A stretch of 64,000 nucleotides of DNA from an uncultured Flavobacteriales bacterium (GCA_913020155.1 CAJWBA010000006.1:5015-69014), one strand, 5' to 3'; shown: positions 51,091 to 61,323, numbered from the stretch's first letter. Notes: generated from the letters alone by a model not told the origin. A program made the numbers and translations.

Positions 51091-51218
51091 TAATTCAGTG
51101 TTTACAGGGGTTAACCTCTTAATTTATTTTCAAACAATTGTAAAACAGATGTTTAAATAAATTGCAGTTTTGTTTTTTTCACCCTTTTTGGTGTTTTTTG
51201 TTAAAAACTAGCCTGCAT

Positions 51219-51227
51219 TGTGAATAA
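51219..51227 (-). promoter_or_regulatory. DnaA-box match upstream of nrdB
   Basis: TGTGAATAA reads TTATTCACA on the minus strand, fitting TTATNCACA, ~80 nt before nrdB. Confidence 0.45.
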
Positions 51228-51306
51228 TTATGACTTTCATTTATCACAACAATTTTCAATCTTTGTAATAGACAAAAAAAAAGAACACAAATTTATTTAC
51301 AACGAC

Positions 51307-52287
51307 ATGACAAAAGCAGTAGAACCAATCCTTCAAGAAAACAAAAACAGATTTGTAATCTTTCCAATTGAACATCATGATATTTGGGAATGGTATAAGA
51401 AGATGGAAGCTAGTTTTTGGACTGCAGAAGAAATTGATTTACACCAAGATTTAACGGATTGGGAGACTAAGTTAAATAAGGATGAAAAGTACTTTATCAA
51501 ACATATTTTAGCCTTTTTTGCTGCTTCTGATGGGATAGTAAATGAAAATTTAGCTGAAAATTTTGTCAATGAAGTTCAATACTCAGAAGCTAAGTTTTTC
51601 TATGGTTTTCAAATCATGATGGAGAATATTCATTCGGAAACCTATTCTTTGTTGATCGATACATATGTTAAAGATGAGCAAGAGAAAAGTCAATTGTTTC
51701 AAGCGATTGATGTTTTTCCAGCCATTCAGAAGAAAGCCAAATGGGCACTCAAATGGATTGAGTCGGATTCATTTGCTGAACGTTTAATAGCATTTGCTGC
51801 TGTTGAAGGGATTTTCTTTTCAGGAGCATTTTGTTCTATTTATTGGTTGAAGAAGAGAGGTCTAATGCCTGGGCTTACTTTTTCAAATGAGTTAATTTCT
51901 AGAGATGAGGGAGTCCATTGTGATTTTGCCGTTCATCTGCATAATAACCATTTGGTTAATAAAGTTTCCAAAGAGCGTATTGAAGAAATTATCATTGATG
52001 CACTCAATATCGAAAGAGAATTTGTTACAGAATCTCTTCCAGTAAGTCTTATTGGAATGAATGCGAAATTGATGACGCAGTATCTTGAGTTTGTAACCGA
52101 TCGTTTGTTACAAGAGTTGAACTGTGATAAGCAATTTAATGTAACCAATCCATTCGATTTTATGGATATGATATCACTTCAGGGAAAAACAAATTTCTTT
52201 GAAAAACGAGTGTCAGAATATCAAAAAGCAGGAGTGCTCAACCAAGAGGATCAAGAAGCTAAGATCAGTTTTGATGCTGATTTCTAA
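51307..52287 (+). CDS. nrdB: Class Ia ribonucleotide reductase beta subunit
   Basis: [20 protein letters not shown] (radical Tyr), [23 protein letters not shown]. Confidence 0.96.
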   Translation: MTKAVEPILQENKNRFVIFPIEHHDIWEWYKKMEASFWTAEEIDLHQDLTDWETKLNKDEKYFIKHILAFFAASDGIVNENLAENFVNEVQYSEAKFFYGFQIMMENIHSETYSLLIDTYVKDEQEKSQLFQAIDVFPAIQKKAKWALKWIESDSFAERLIAFAAVEGIFFSGAFCSIYWLKKRGLMPGLTFSNELISRDEGVHCDFAVHLHNNHLVNKVSKERIEEIIIDALNIEREFVTESLPVSLIGMNAKLMTQYLEFVTDRLLQELNCDKQFNVTNPFDFMDMISLQGKTNFFEKRVSEYQKAGVLNQEDQEAKISFDADF

Positions 52288-52394
52288 TAATTCAGTTGAT
52301 CCTGCTTAATTTTTATGCCTCAACCCCAAAACCAAACAACCTGATTAAAGGTCTTTGTAGACCCTTTTAGATAAAATTAAATCGCAAGTAAATC

Positions 52395-54863
52395 ATGTAT
52401 GTAGTCAAAAGAGACGGGCACCGTGAGCCCATAATGTTCGATAAAATCACTGCTAGGGTGAAGAAACTGTGTTATGAATTGAATCCCTTAGTTGATCCAG
52501 TTCGAGTAGCTATGCGGGTAATTGAAGGACTTTACGACGGAGTTACAACCTCGGAATTAGATAATTTAGCTTCAGAAATTGCAGCTACAATGACAACAAC
52601 GCACCCTGACTATGCGAAACTCGCGGCACGTATTTCCGTTTCTAACTTACACAAAAACACCAAAAAATCGTTTTCCGAAACGATGAAAGACTTATACGAA
52701 TATGTAAACCCTAGAACAGAAAAAAAAGCACCTTTATTATCCGATGAGGTTTACAAGGTGATTCAGGATAACGCTGAAAAACTCGATTCAAGCATTATCT
52801 ACAACCGCGATTTTGGATATGATTTCTTTGGGTTTAAAACTTTAGAGCGTTCTTATCTTCTTAAATTAAATGGAGTTATTGCCGAACGTCCACAGCATAT
52901 GTTAATGAGAGTTTCTATTGGGATTCACATTGATGATTTGGATGCAGCCATCGAAACTTATGAAATGATGTCTAAGCGTTTCTTTACGCATGCAACCCCA
53001 ACACTTTTTAATTCCGGTACACCTAAACCACAAATGTCATCTTGTTTTTTATTAACCATGAAAGACGATAGTATTGATGGAATATATGACACCCTGAAGC
53101 AAACTGCTAAAATTTCCCAGTCTGCAGGGGGTATTGGTCTATCTATTCACAACGTTCGCGCAACTGGATCATATATCGCTGGGACAAATGGTACCTCAAA
53201 TGGTATTGTACCGATGCTCAGGGTATTCAATGATACTGCCCGTTATGTAGATCAAGGGGGTGGGAAACGCAAAGGATCATTTGCAATCTACATTGAACCA
53301 TGGCATGCTGATATTTTCGATTTTTTAGATTTAAAGAAAAATCACGGAAAAGAAGAAATGCGTGCACGAGACTTGTTTTTTGCTATGTGGGTTCCTGACT
53401 TATTTATGAAGCGCGTGGAGCAAGACAGTACTTGGACGCTTATGTGTCCAAACGAATGTCCAGATCTTTTCAATCATCACAGCGATCAATTTGATGAACT
53501 TTATTTAAAATACGAAGAAGCAGGGAAAGGAAGAAAAACAATTCGAGCAAGGGAATTATGGGAGAAAATTCTAGAATCTCAAATAGAAACAGGTACTCCT
53601 TACATGCTTTACAAAGATGCCGCTAACAGGAAGTCTAATCAGAAGAATTTAGGAACAATTCGATCTTCAAACTTATGTACCGAAATCATCGAATATACTG
53701 CTCCAGACGAGGTTGCCGTTTGTAATTTAGCATCAATAGCTCTACCCATGTTTGTAACTAATGGTGCCTTTGACCACGATGAGTTATTTCGGGTAACTAA
53801 GCAAGTAACGGTTAATCTAAACAGAGTAATAGATCGCAATTATTACCCAGTTCCGGAAGCTGAAAATTCAAATATGCGTCACCGTCCAGTTGGACTAGGA
53901 GTTCAAGGTCTTGCAGATGCATTTATCCAATTGCGTTTACCTTTTACCTCCGAAAAGGCAAAACAAATGAATCAGGAAATTTTTGAAACGCTTTATTTTG
54001 CCGCTGTGACTGCTTCAATGGAAGAAGCAGAAAAAGACGGTCCTTACAAATCTTACAAAGGTTCACCGATGTCTAAGGGAGAATTCCAACACAACATGTG
54101 GGGAATCAAAGACGAGGAACTTAGCGGCCGTTGGGATTGGGCTAGTTTAAGAAAAAAAGTGAAAAAACACGGTGTTCGTAACTCTTTGTTGGTAGCTCCA
54201 ATGCCAACAGCATCTACCTCTCAAATTCTAGGAAATAATGAGTGTTTTGAGCCATACACTTCCAACATATACACTCGTCGTGTGCTCTCAGGAGAATTCA
54301 TTGTTGTAAATAAACACCTACTAGAAGATCTTGTTGATTTAGGTCTTTGGACTGAGAATATGAAACAAGAACTGATGCGTGCTAATGGATCCATTCAAAA
54401 CATCAAAGGGATCCCTGAAGACATCAAAGAATTGTACAAGACGGTTTGGGAAATGAGTATGAAAGACATTATTGATATGTCACGTCAACGAGGTTACTTT
54501 ATTGACCAATCACAATCTTTAAATCTTTTCATGGAAGGAGCAACGATGGCTAAATTGACCTCAATGCATTTCTATGCATGGAAGTCAGGATTAAAAACAG
54601 GAATGTACTATCTGAGGACTAAGTCTGCAGTAGATGCAATCAAATTTACATTAGATAGAGAAGAGAAGAAAGAAGAACCAGCATTTGTTGCAGCCAAAGG
54701 GATTAGTGCTGACGACAGCTCTAAAGCAGCATCAACAAAACCGAAGGGTAAACCCACTGCGGCAGCTGTTCCAGTTGAACCTTTAACTCCAACTGAACTT
54801 AAATCAATGTTGGAACAATCCAAAGAAAATGAAGGAGATGACTGCCTCATGTGCGGGTCTTAA
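52395..54863 (+). CDS. nrdA: Class Ia ribonucleotide reductase alpha subunit with ATP cone
   Basis: VVKRDG ATP cone, [25 protein letters not shown]-terminal CLMCGS. Confidence 0.97.
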   Translation: MYVVKRDGHREPIMFDKITARVKKLCYELNPLVDPVRVAMRVIEGLYDGVTTSELDNLASEIAATMTTTHPDYAKLAARISVSNLHKNTKKSFSETMKDLYEYVNPRTEKKAPLLSDEVYKVIQDNAEKLDSSIIYNRDFGYDFFGFKTLERSYLLKLNGVIAERPQHMLMRVSIGIHIDDLDAAIETYEMMSKRFFTHATPTLFNSGTPKPQMSSCFLLTMKDDSIDGIYDTLKQTAKISQSAGGIGLSIHNVRATGSYIAGTNGTSNGIVPMLRVFNDTARYVDQGGGKRKGSFAIYIEPWHADIFDFLDLKKNHGKEEMRARDLFFAMWVPDLFMKRVEQDSTWTLMCPNECPDLFNHHSDQFDELYLKYEEAGKGRKTIRARELWEKILESQIETGTPYMLYKDAANRKSNQKNLGTIRSSNLCTEIIEYTAPDEVAVCNLASIALPMFVTNGAFDHDELFRVTKQVTVNLNRVIDRNYYPVPEAENSNMRHRPVGLGVQGLADAFIQLRLPFTSEKAKQMNQEIFETLYFAAVTASMEEAEKDGPYKSYKGSPMSKGEFQHNMWGIKDEELSGRWDWASLRKKVKKHGVRNSLLVAPMPTASTSQILGNNECFEPYTSNIYTRRVLSGEFIVVNKHLLEDLVDLGLWTENMKQELMRANGSIQNIKGIPEDIKELYKTVWEMSMKDIIDMSRQRGYFIDQSQSLNLFMEGATMAKLTSMHFYAWKSGLKTGMYYLRTKSAVDAIKFTLDREEKKEEPAFVAAKGISADDSSKAASTKPKGKPTAAAVPVEPLTPTELKSMLEQSKENEGDDCLMCGS

Positions 54864-54885
54864 ATATATAATAACCAAATAATTG

Positions 54886-54913
54886 AACTCCATTTTACGA
54901 TGGAGTTTTTTTT
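54886..54913 (+). terminator. Intrinsic terminator after nrdA
   Basis: AACTCCAT-tttacg-ATGGAGTT hairpin followed by a T run. Confidence 0.8.
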
Positions 54914-54925
54914 GTGATAAAACCC

Positions 54926-54976
54926 TAATGTTACCTTAATGTTAACAAAACCTGCATAAATGTTATTTAATAGTTA
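54926..54976. promoter_or_regulatory. 11-bp-period AATGTTA direct repeats (Pho-box-like architecture)
   Basis: AATGTTA at 54927, 54938 and 54959, ATAGTTA at 54970: two pairs, each spaced by 11 bp. Confidence 0.55.
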
Positions 54977-55001
54977 ATTTTAGGCATTAATTATAAAATA
55001 A

Positions 55002-55376
55002 ATGCTCATGAAATTCCCATTTATTCTATATATATTATTATTTGGATTTAGTTCTTATGCTCAAGAAACTAATGAGTTAAAAACTGAAAAGCTTTTTGTA
55101 AAAGAAGGTAATGTTATGAAGGTAACCGAATACCATAATAATGGTAAAATAGCTCAAGAAGGATATTTAAAGAATAATAAGCTTCATGGAAAATGGGTTA
55201 GTTATTCATCTGAAGGAGAAAAGATTTCCATAGCAAATTACAACAAAGGTAAACGTGATGGGACATGGCTATTTTGGGATCAAACTGGCGGTCTCACTCA
55301 AGTTGATTTCAAATCAAACAAATTTTTAAAAAAAGTTACTTGGCAAGAACAAACTAAGGTTGTTAAGCAACGTTAA
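55002..55376 (+). CDS. Secreted MORN-variant (YwqK-like) repeat protein
   Basis: Signal peptide ending SYA-QE; repeats YHNNGKIAQEG..LHGKWVSYSSEG..YNKGKRDGTWLFW. Confidence 0.78.
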   Translation: MLMKFPFILYILLFGFSSYAQETNELKTEKLFVKEGNVMKVTEYHNNGKIAQEGYLKNNKLHGKWVSYSSEGEKISIANYNKGKRDGTWLFWDQTGGLTQVDFKSNKFLKKVTWQEQTKVVKQR

Positions 55377-55398
55377 CCAAAACCCAATAATTAACAAT

Positions 55399-55431
55399 AA
55401 AACTCCTTGTGAATTAAACAAGGAGTTTTTT
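55399..55431. terminator. Bidirectional intrinsic terminator
   Basis: AAAACTCCTTGT-gaattaa-ACAAGGAGTTTT between convergent genes. Confidence 0.85.
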
Positions 55432-55448
55432 GTTGGGGATTGAATAAA

Positions 55449-57722
55449 CTACGATTCTGTTTTTCTTGTGTTATCTAAAAACAACTTAATAATATTTAAT
55501 TTGTTTGAATACAACTCCTTTGTTTTTAATAGTATATTAAAATAAAGTAGGGTGTTTTTTGGACTCGTTTCTTCATTACGAGTTCGTTTAATTTGAGCAT
55601 TGATTTTCTGATCTAAAACACTCATTACTTCATCTTTTCTATTTAGAATTGATATCAACTCGACAGTGGAATTGTTTCGAAAAGTCTCCATTGCATTTTG
55701 AAAAGTTGATTTAGAAATTTCATGAACTTCTTGAAGGTCTCGGACTTGACTCAATTTAAATTTTGAATGATCATTATTGACATGCTTGTAACTTTTCTTT
55801 ACAATATATTCTAGATCATCTGCAAGGTCATTCATAAGGCTAAGAATTACAATATAAAAGTTGCTTGCCGACAAACTCGATTCTTCTAAGTTTTTGATGA
55901 AGTAAAAAACGTTTTCTCTTAATTCATCAATATCATTAGACAAACGATTGATGTTTTTCTTTGCTTTTTTAAGTTCTGATTTGTCGTGTTTAGATAGACC
56001 TGACGCAAGAGAGGTATAAATTTTATCAATACGTTTGAAAACTTTGATTATGTTTTTGGTGCTTTCTTCCATAACCCCTTTGATGGACTTACTTTCATAT
56101 TTTACTAAACTATCGAGGTCAATTAAGTCAGCGTTTTCATTTTTGTGTTTTAGGTAGTTTTTCCCAATAATTATTAGAATTATGAATAAAATCACAGCAA
56201 TTGCCTGAGCCCCACCCAAGTAGATTAGCGTAACGATAACTCCAGAAACTAAAAAGGCAGTGATTGCAGTTAAAAACCACCCTCCAATTACATTTAATAC
56301 TCCAGCAACGCGATAAACGGCACTATCTCTTTTCCAAGCTCGATCGGCAAGCGAAGTTCCCATTGCTACCATAAAGGTTACATAAGTCGTAGATAGAGGA
56401 AGTTTGTAAGAAGTTGCTATTGAAATCAGGATGGAAGCGACGACTAAATTTATTGATGCCCTCAACATGTCAAAGGATGGTGCATCTTTATCGTTTTGAT
56501 TTTTTAATGCAATATTGGTATTTGTAAACTGTTTGTCTATCGAACTTACAACTGTTGCGGATAAAATTTTGTTGAAACCGTTACCCAAGACTTGAGATAT
56601 TTTCACGATTCCTTTGGATAATAAGTTGGGTTGGAAACGTTCTTTAATGGTGTTTTGATCGGAGAGGTCTAGCTCCGTTTTCATTACTTTTTTTGCCTTG
56701 GTAGACAACCATAGGGTAACAACCATAATGCCTCCCGATAAGATTAGTAATATCGGAGGAGTGGGAACTTTAGAAGATAAAACTCCCATGCTGAATTCTG
56801 AAGCAACTGCTCCAGAAGCGGCCCAAGCCTCATAGGATTGATATGCAGCAATAGGAACACCAATAAAGTTTACAAGGTCATTTCCAGCAAAGGCCAAGGC
56901 TAAACCAAATGTTCCTGTGCCGATGATGATTTTGTAAATATTTGCCTTTAAAACTTTGATAGCCAAAAAGGAAATACCAAACCAAAATAAGAAGTTTATG
57001 ATGGATACTTTCAATACCTCGGTTTCTAGAAAATCTTTAATTTTCATCCCACCAATAAGGTCAAATTTCAAACTTACATAGGGGGTTCCTTTAATACCTT
57101 TCATTAAGATGAAATATGTAATTGCTGAAAGAGCAATACCTCCAAAAAGAGCACTTACCCACATGGCTTTCTTTTCGAATTCATAAGTCAAAAACAGCCT
57201 TGAAAACCACTGAACTATTGCTCCTATGGTCAGGGCAACTATTACTGAGAGCAGAATACCAAAAATGATTTGTGTTGCTTTTTTGGTGTTGATGTAATTA
57301 ACGATATCACCAAAATCACCTGAACCTTGACTAATCTTTATGATGGCCATAAATACTGCAGCTCCTAATAAAGTAAATACAATCGAGACTGTTGTAGATG
57401 TTGGCATCCCCAGTGTATTAAAAAAATCGAGGAGTAAAATATCGGTAAGCATTACAGCCGTAAAAATCAAAATAATTTCATCAAAGTAAAATTCTCCTGG
57501 ATTGAAAATACCCTTTCGAGCAACTTCCATGAGACCACTTGAAAATAAAGCACCACAGGCTACTCCAAGACTGGCAAGAATCATAATTGTTTTGAAGGAG
57601 ATTGCTTTGGAGCCAACAGCTGAATTCAGAAAATTAACTGCATCGTTACTTACTCCAACAATCAAGTCTCCAATGGCTAAGATTGCCAAGACTGCAACAA
57701 GTATCACATAAATATTATCCAT
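55449..57722 (-). CDS. Inorganic phosphate transporter (PiT family) with extra C-terminal helical domain
   Basis: GVSNDAVNF, GMPTSTT, AGNDLVNF and LPLSTTY PiT signatures; ~230-aa soluble C-terminus. Confidence 0.87.
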   Translation of the reverse strand: MDNIYVILVAVLAILAIGDLIVGVSNDAVNFLNSAVGSKAISFKTIMILASLGVACGALFSSGLMEVARKGIFNPGEFYFDEIILIFTAVMLTDILLLDFFNTLGMPTSTTVSIVFTLLGAAVFMAIIKISQGSGDFGDIVNYINTKKATQIIFGILLSVIVALTIGAIVQWFSRLFLTYEFEKKAMWVSALFGGIALSAITYFILMKGIKGTPYVSLKFDLIGGMKIKDFLETEVLKVSIINFLFWFGISFLAIKVLKANIYKIIIGTGTFGLALAFAGNDLVNFIGVPIAAYQSYEAWAASGAVASEFSMGVLSSKVPTPPILLILSGGIMVVTLWLSTKAKKVMKTELDLSDQNTIKERFQPNLLSKGIVKISQVLGNGFNKILSATVVSSIDKQFTNTNIALKNQNDKDAPSFDMLRASINLVVASILISIATSYKLPLSTTYVTFMVAMGTSLADRAWKRDSAVYRVAGVLNVIGGWFLTAITAFLVSGVIVTLIYLGGAQAIAVILFIILIIIGKNYLKHKNENADLIDLDSLVKYESKSIKGVMEESTKNIIKVFKRIDKIYTSLASGLSKHDKSELKKAKKNINRLSNDIDELRENVFYFIKNLEESSLSASNFYIVILSLMNDLADDLEYIVKKSYKHVNNDHSKFKLSQVRDLQEVHEISKSTFQNAMETFRNNSTVELISILNRKDEVMSVLDQKINAQIKRTRNEETSPKNTLLYFNILLKTKELYSNKLNIIKLFLDNTRKTES

Positions 57723-57733
57723 AGTTATAAATT

Positions 57734-58942
57734 TTAGAAGTGAATATCGAATTGTAATCGATAAATAATTTTATTGTTTGAGGCAACCGTATTTTCATAA
57801 GTGGCATCGGTTTGTATTTTCAGTTTATGTTTTGCTACGTATTTTGATACCCCAAAGGTGTATTGGGTAATGTCATTTTTTGAGGAAACAATTTTATCGA
57901 ATTTCACGTTGGTGTAACGTCCAGTAATTGCGATATTTGAAGGTAAAACATATCCCATTTGAAGGTTAATAGCTTTTCCTACATTGACAACATCTCCTGT
58001 TAAGGTTCCATCTTCATTTTTTGCGATTGGATCATCTGCTTTTCGGTCAGCATATTCTCCCATAATTGAAAAACCACGATACTTGAAATGAGTATCAATA
58101 AATAAGGTATTAATATCTGTTTGATAAAAACCCTCACTCGTTGTTATGTAACTACCCATATTGCTTCTTGTTTTTACTGCATTAGTATTTTGATCATAAA
58201 CAATACCTACCATGAGTTTTGGAGTTTGTTCTCGCAATAGATCCGCTCCACTGTAATCTCCCTTTTTTGTAAAGTTCCCAAAAGGTAAAAACTCAACTCG
58301 CGAAGTGTATTGATGTCCGCCCAAATTCCCTTTTGTAACGTTTCGTCCTTCTCCTTGTGAGATAGCGAACCTTTCTTTTACAATAAAGTTCCCAGCAAGT
58401 GTAAAATGATGCCGAAGTTGAACTCCTAAATCACGATCAATATTGAATTTGCTGTTCAACAAAGAACGATCAACCAAGGCTAAGTTACCAGAAGAAATAA
58501 CACGTTCGATATTTCCAGGTAATTTACCTTGACCTGCTTGAAGCGTAAAATTTTTGTAAAAATTCCAACGAATGAAAGCATTAAGAATGTAGCGCGGAGC
58601 ATTACTCGTAAATTCTGAAGCTCCCGAAATATCTCGATTAGATAACCCCAATTCGATATTGTAAGTAAGTTTTTGATTGTAAGCAAATCCTTTGAACTTT
58701 AATCGCGACCGTCGAATCAAAAAATTGGACTCAGGACTTCCGAAAGAATCGTCTGCTTCGGTCCAAGTTGAAGAGGTTAGATATTGCATGCGTGCACTGA
58801 AATTCATCGAAAAGGTACTGTCTTTTCCTGCGATATTGATAAGGCCTTTTCCAAATTTTGGGGCACTGACTTCTTGTCCGTTAATCATACTAATAAATAA
58901 TATTGAGATGACAACAGTTGTGTAAATTTTAAATAATTGCAT
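57734..58942 (-). CDS. Phosphate-selective porin (OprO/OprP-like)
   Basis: Signal peptide, FLIRRSRLKF, ERVISSGNL..VDRS..FNIDRDLG, terminal Phe; directly upstream of the PiT gene. Confidence 0.8.
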   Translation of the reverse strand: MQLFKIYTTVVISILFISMINGQEVSAPKFGKGLINIAGKDSTFSMNFSARMQYLTSSTWTEADDSFGSPESNFLIRRSRLKFKGFAYNQKLTYNIELGLSNRDISGASEFTSNAPRYILNAFIRWNFYKNFTLQAGQGKLPGNIERVISSGNLALVDRSLLNSKFNIDRDLGVQLRHHFTLAGNFIVKERFAISQGEGRNVTKGNLGGHQYTSRVEFLPFGNFTKKGDYSGADLLREQTPKLMVGIVYDQNTNAVKTRSNMGSYITTSEGFYQTDINTLFIDTHFKYRGFSIMGEYADRKADDPIAKNEDGTLTGDVVNVGKAINLQMGYVLPSNIAITGRYTNVKFDKIVSSKNDITQYTFGVSKYVAKHKLKIQTDATYENTVASNNKIIYRLQFDIHF

Positions 58943-58955
58943 TTGGTAGTTTTTT

Positions 58956-59009
58956 CAAATTTATAAATTAACAAAACCTCAACACAGTTCGAATGTTATG
59001 TAATTGTTA
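58956..59009 (-). promoter_or_regulatory. Porin promoter: -7 element with upstream TAAC-N7-TAAC repeat
   Basis: TAAATTTG at 58963-58956; minus-strand TAAC at 59009-59006 and 58998-58995 (11-bp period). Confidence 0.6.
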
Positions 59010-59022
59010 TCTTTTTAATTAT

Positions 59023-59802
59023 TCAAAATTTTAAAAATTTAATACTGTATCCCAAGCTAAATGTTCTTCCAACTTTGAAAAAGGAAAATTTTTGTTGTTC
59101 CTCACCATAATAGTCGTAATAGCTTTGTTTTGTATCGTTTAGTATATTTCTGACTCCAAAAGTTATGGTTTGATTTTCTTTTGCACCGATTTTTTTATTG
59201 AAAGTAAAATTTAAATTATTGAAAGGGTCTGTATACACATCGGGAATATTTCCAACACCAACGACCTCTAATGTTTTTCCTTGAACATTGTAGAAAAGTC
59301 CCATTTCTGTATTTTTATTTACAATCTCATAAGTTAATCCTGTATCTGTTGGGACACGGTTTGGGCTAACAATACCGTCTCCATAATCAATATTGTCATC
59401 GATATCAGCAAAGATAACTGGTGCATCACTGGTTCCAGCTGCATTGATTGTTCCACCAGGAGCTATTACTAGAGCAGTTGCATCAACCCCCTGACCATTT
59501 TGAGATTTAATAATAGTACCCGATTCAATGTTTAAGGTTCCTCCGGATCTTACAACAATTTTTCCATCCATAATCCAAATGCGATCATTTGTCCATGTCT
59601 GAGAATCATCAATAAAACTAATACCTCCTGACCCAACTTTTTCAGAAGTTGGAGTTGCTGTTGGAATAGTTGTAGTTACGGTTACCGTTTCGGTAACTAA
59701 AACGGTTTCAATTAGTGTTTCAGGGTCTTTGGTACAAGATCCAAGAACCAATACGAACATAGCTGATAGTAAATAGAAATTAAGGTTTGGATAGGTCTTC
59801 AT
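59023..59802 (-). pseudogene. In-frame chimera: lipoprotein N-terminus fused to the last strands of a TonB-dependent receptor
   Basis: Lipobox LGSC, Thr-rich linker and beta-helix-like WTNDRIWIMDGKIVV..GTSDAPVIF, then a switch at GL (59335-59340) to LFYNVQGKTL..PDVY..NILN..GRTFSLGYSIKF. Confidence 0.75.
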
Positions 59803-59824
59803 TTTTTTGTTTTTAATTATGAAG

Positions 59825-59933
59825 CAAATTTATGTCATCAACTATCCTGTGATTTTACTTAAAAGTTAAATGAAGTTCACTAAATATTAACCCAATGTGA
59901 AATAACAATAGATTTACTTAACTATGATTTAAC
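59825..59933. promoter_or_regulatory. Divergent control region with -7 element and TAAC-like repeats on both strands
   Basis: Minus-strand TAAATTTG at 59832-59825. GTTA/GTTC/ATTA/GTGA at 59865/59875/59886/59897; plus-strand TAAC/TTAC at 59903/59914 and TAAC at 59919/59930. Confidence 0.5.
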
Positions 59934-59983
59934 ATAGATAGTTTACTCTTCAAAAACTTCTTATTTTTACTTAAAAATTACGT

Positions 59984-61303
59984 ATGAACTGGGAGCAGCT
60001 TTTATCCTTACAGCGCCATGGAGACAAAACCAAAAGATTGAGAAACGAACAAGATGAAACCCGTTTGGGTTTTGAGGTTGACTACGATAGAATTGTTTTT
60101 TCTGCTGCATTTAGGAGTTTACAGGACAAAACCCAGGTAATACCGTTTTCAAAAACAGATTTTGTTCACACTCGACTTACTCATAGTTTAGAAGTTTCTG
60201 TTGTTGCTCGGAGCATCGGTAGGTTAGCTGGAAAAGCTATTTTAGAGAAACACCCCCATTTATCTCAAATTCACGGTTATCAATCTAATGATTTTGGAGC
60301 AATTGTTGCGGCAGCAGCATTGGCACATGATATTGGAAATCCACCTTTTGGTCATAGTGGTGAAAAAGCTATCGGTCATTTCTTTTCCTCTGGACTTGGA
60401 GCAGCCTATAAAAGTGAGTTGAGTCCGCTAGAATATGAAGACTTATGTAAATTTGAAGGAAACGCAAATGGTTTTAAAATCTTATGCCAATCAATAGAGG
60501 GTGCCCCAGGAGGTTTGCGACTCAGTGCAGCTACCCTAGGGGCATACATGAAATACCCTAAAGCCTCGTTGCCTCATAAACCAACAAAACACGTAGCAGA
60601 TAAAAAATTTGGATTTTACCAAACTCAAGCTTCTGATTTTAGTATCCTTGCCAAAGATTTGGGGCTACAAAAAGGTACTTCTACTTATCATCGACATCCC
60701 TTGGCTTATTTAGTTGAAGCAGCAGATGATATTTGTTACACTATAATAGACTTTGAAGATGGAATTAATCTGGGATGGATTTCGGAATCCTACGCATTGG
60801 AGTATCTTATTAATCTGGTCAAAGATTCGATTGATAAAAAAACTTATGCTTCTCTAAAACATAAACCCCAGCGTATGAGTTATCTCAGAGCTTTGGCTAT
60901 TAACAGGCTTATAAATGAATCGGTAGCCATCTTTATAAAAAATGAAGAAGCTATTTTGAAGGGAACTTTCCCACATGCTTTATTAGACAAAAGTAAACAC
61001 GAAGCTCAGATTGATGATATTATTTCTTTGAGTGTAGAAAAAGTATATCAATCTCCAGAGGTACTTCAAAAAGAAATTGTAGGCTATAAAGTAATTACCA
61101 CTCTGCTCGAAGCATACACTACGGCAGCAGTTCACGAATTCAAAGGGAAAGCCAATGCCTATGACCAGCTTATTCTTCGATTGGTCCCCGCAGGGACCCC
61201 TTTTGTTTCCAAAAGCTTTTACGAAACGCTACTTAACGCTACTTGTTACGTTGCTAGCCTTTCAGATGGAAGAGCTATGGAACTTTCTCAAAAAATCAAA
61301 TAA
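59984..61303 (+). CDS. dgt: Deoxyguanosinetriphosphate triphosphohydrolase (dGTPase)
   Basis: FRSLQDKTQV, HTRLTHSLEV, AHDIGNPPFGHSGE, FEGNANG, EAADDICY. Confidence 0.94.
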   Translation: MNWEQLLSLQRHGDKTKRLRNEQDETRLGFEVDYDRIVFSAAFRSLQDKTQVIPFSKTDFVHTRLTHSLEVSVVARSIGRLAGKAILEKHPHLSQIHGYQSNDFGAIVAAAALAHDIGNPPFGHSGEKAIGHFFSSGLGAAYKSELSPLEYEDLCKFEGNANGFKILCQSIEGAPGGLRLSAATLGAYMKYPKASLPHKPTKHVADKKFGFYQTQASDFSILAKDLGLQKGTSTYHRHPLAYLVEAADDICYTIIDFEDGINLGWISESYALEYLINLVKDSIDKKTYASLKHKPQRMSYLRALAINRLINESVAIFIKNEEAILKGTFPHALLDKSKHEAQIDDIISLSVEKVYQSPEVLQKEIVGYKVITTLLEAYTTAAVHEFKGKANAYDQLILRLVPAGTPFVSKSFYETLLNATCYVASLSDGRAMELSQKIK

Positions 61304-61323
61304 CCTCAAATTTCAACTATTTT

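Noticed and set aside
52346-52368. Hairpin between nrdB and nrdA as ncRNA or riboswitch
   Set aside because: Short imperfect stem with no recognisable RNA-family features; at most a weak terminator or stabiliser.
55002-55376. Toxin-antitoxin (YwqK) module
   Set aside because: No neighbouring toxin gene; the similarity is only through generic MORN-type repeats.
59655-59720. GTTACCG/CGGTAAC and GTTTC repeats as a DNA repeat element
   Set aside because: They simply encode the Thr/Val/Glu-rich linker of the lipoprotein.
47565-61303. dCMP deaminase plus dGTPase as a nucleotide-depletion anti-phage system
   Set aside because: The deaminase is a short stand-alone ComEB-type protein without a kinase domain. 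The genes are 12 kb apart among housekeeping genes, with no defence-island or mobility context.
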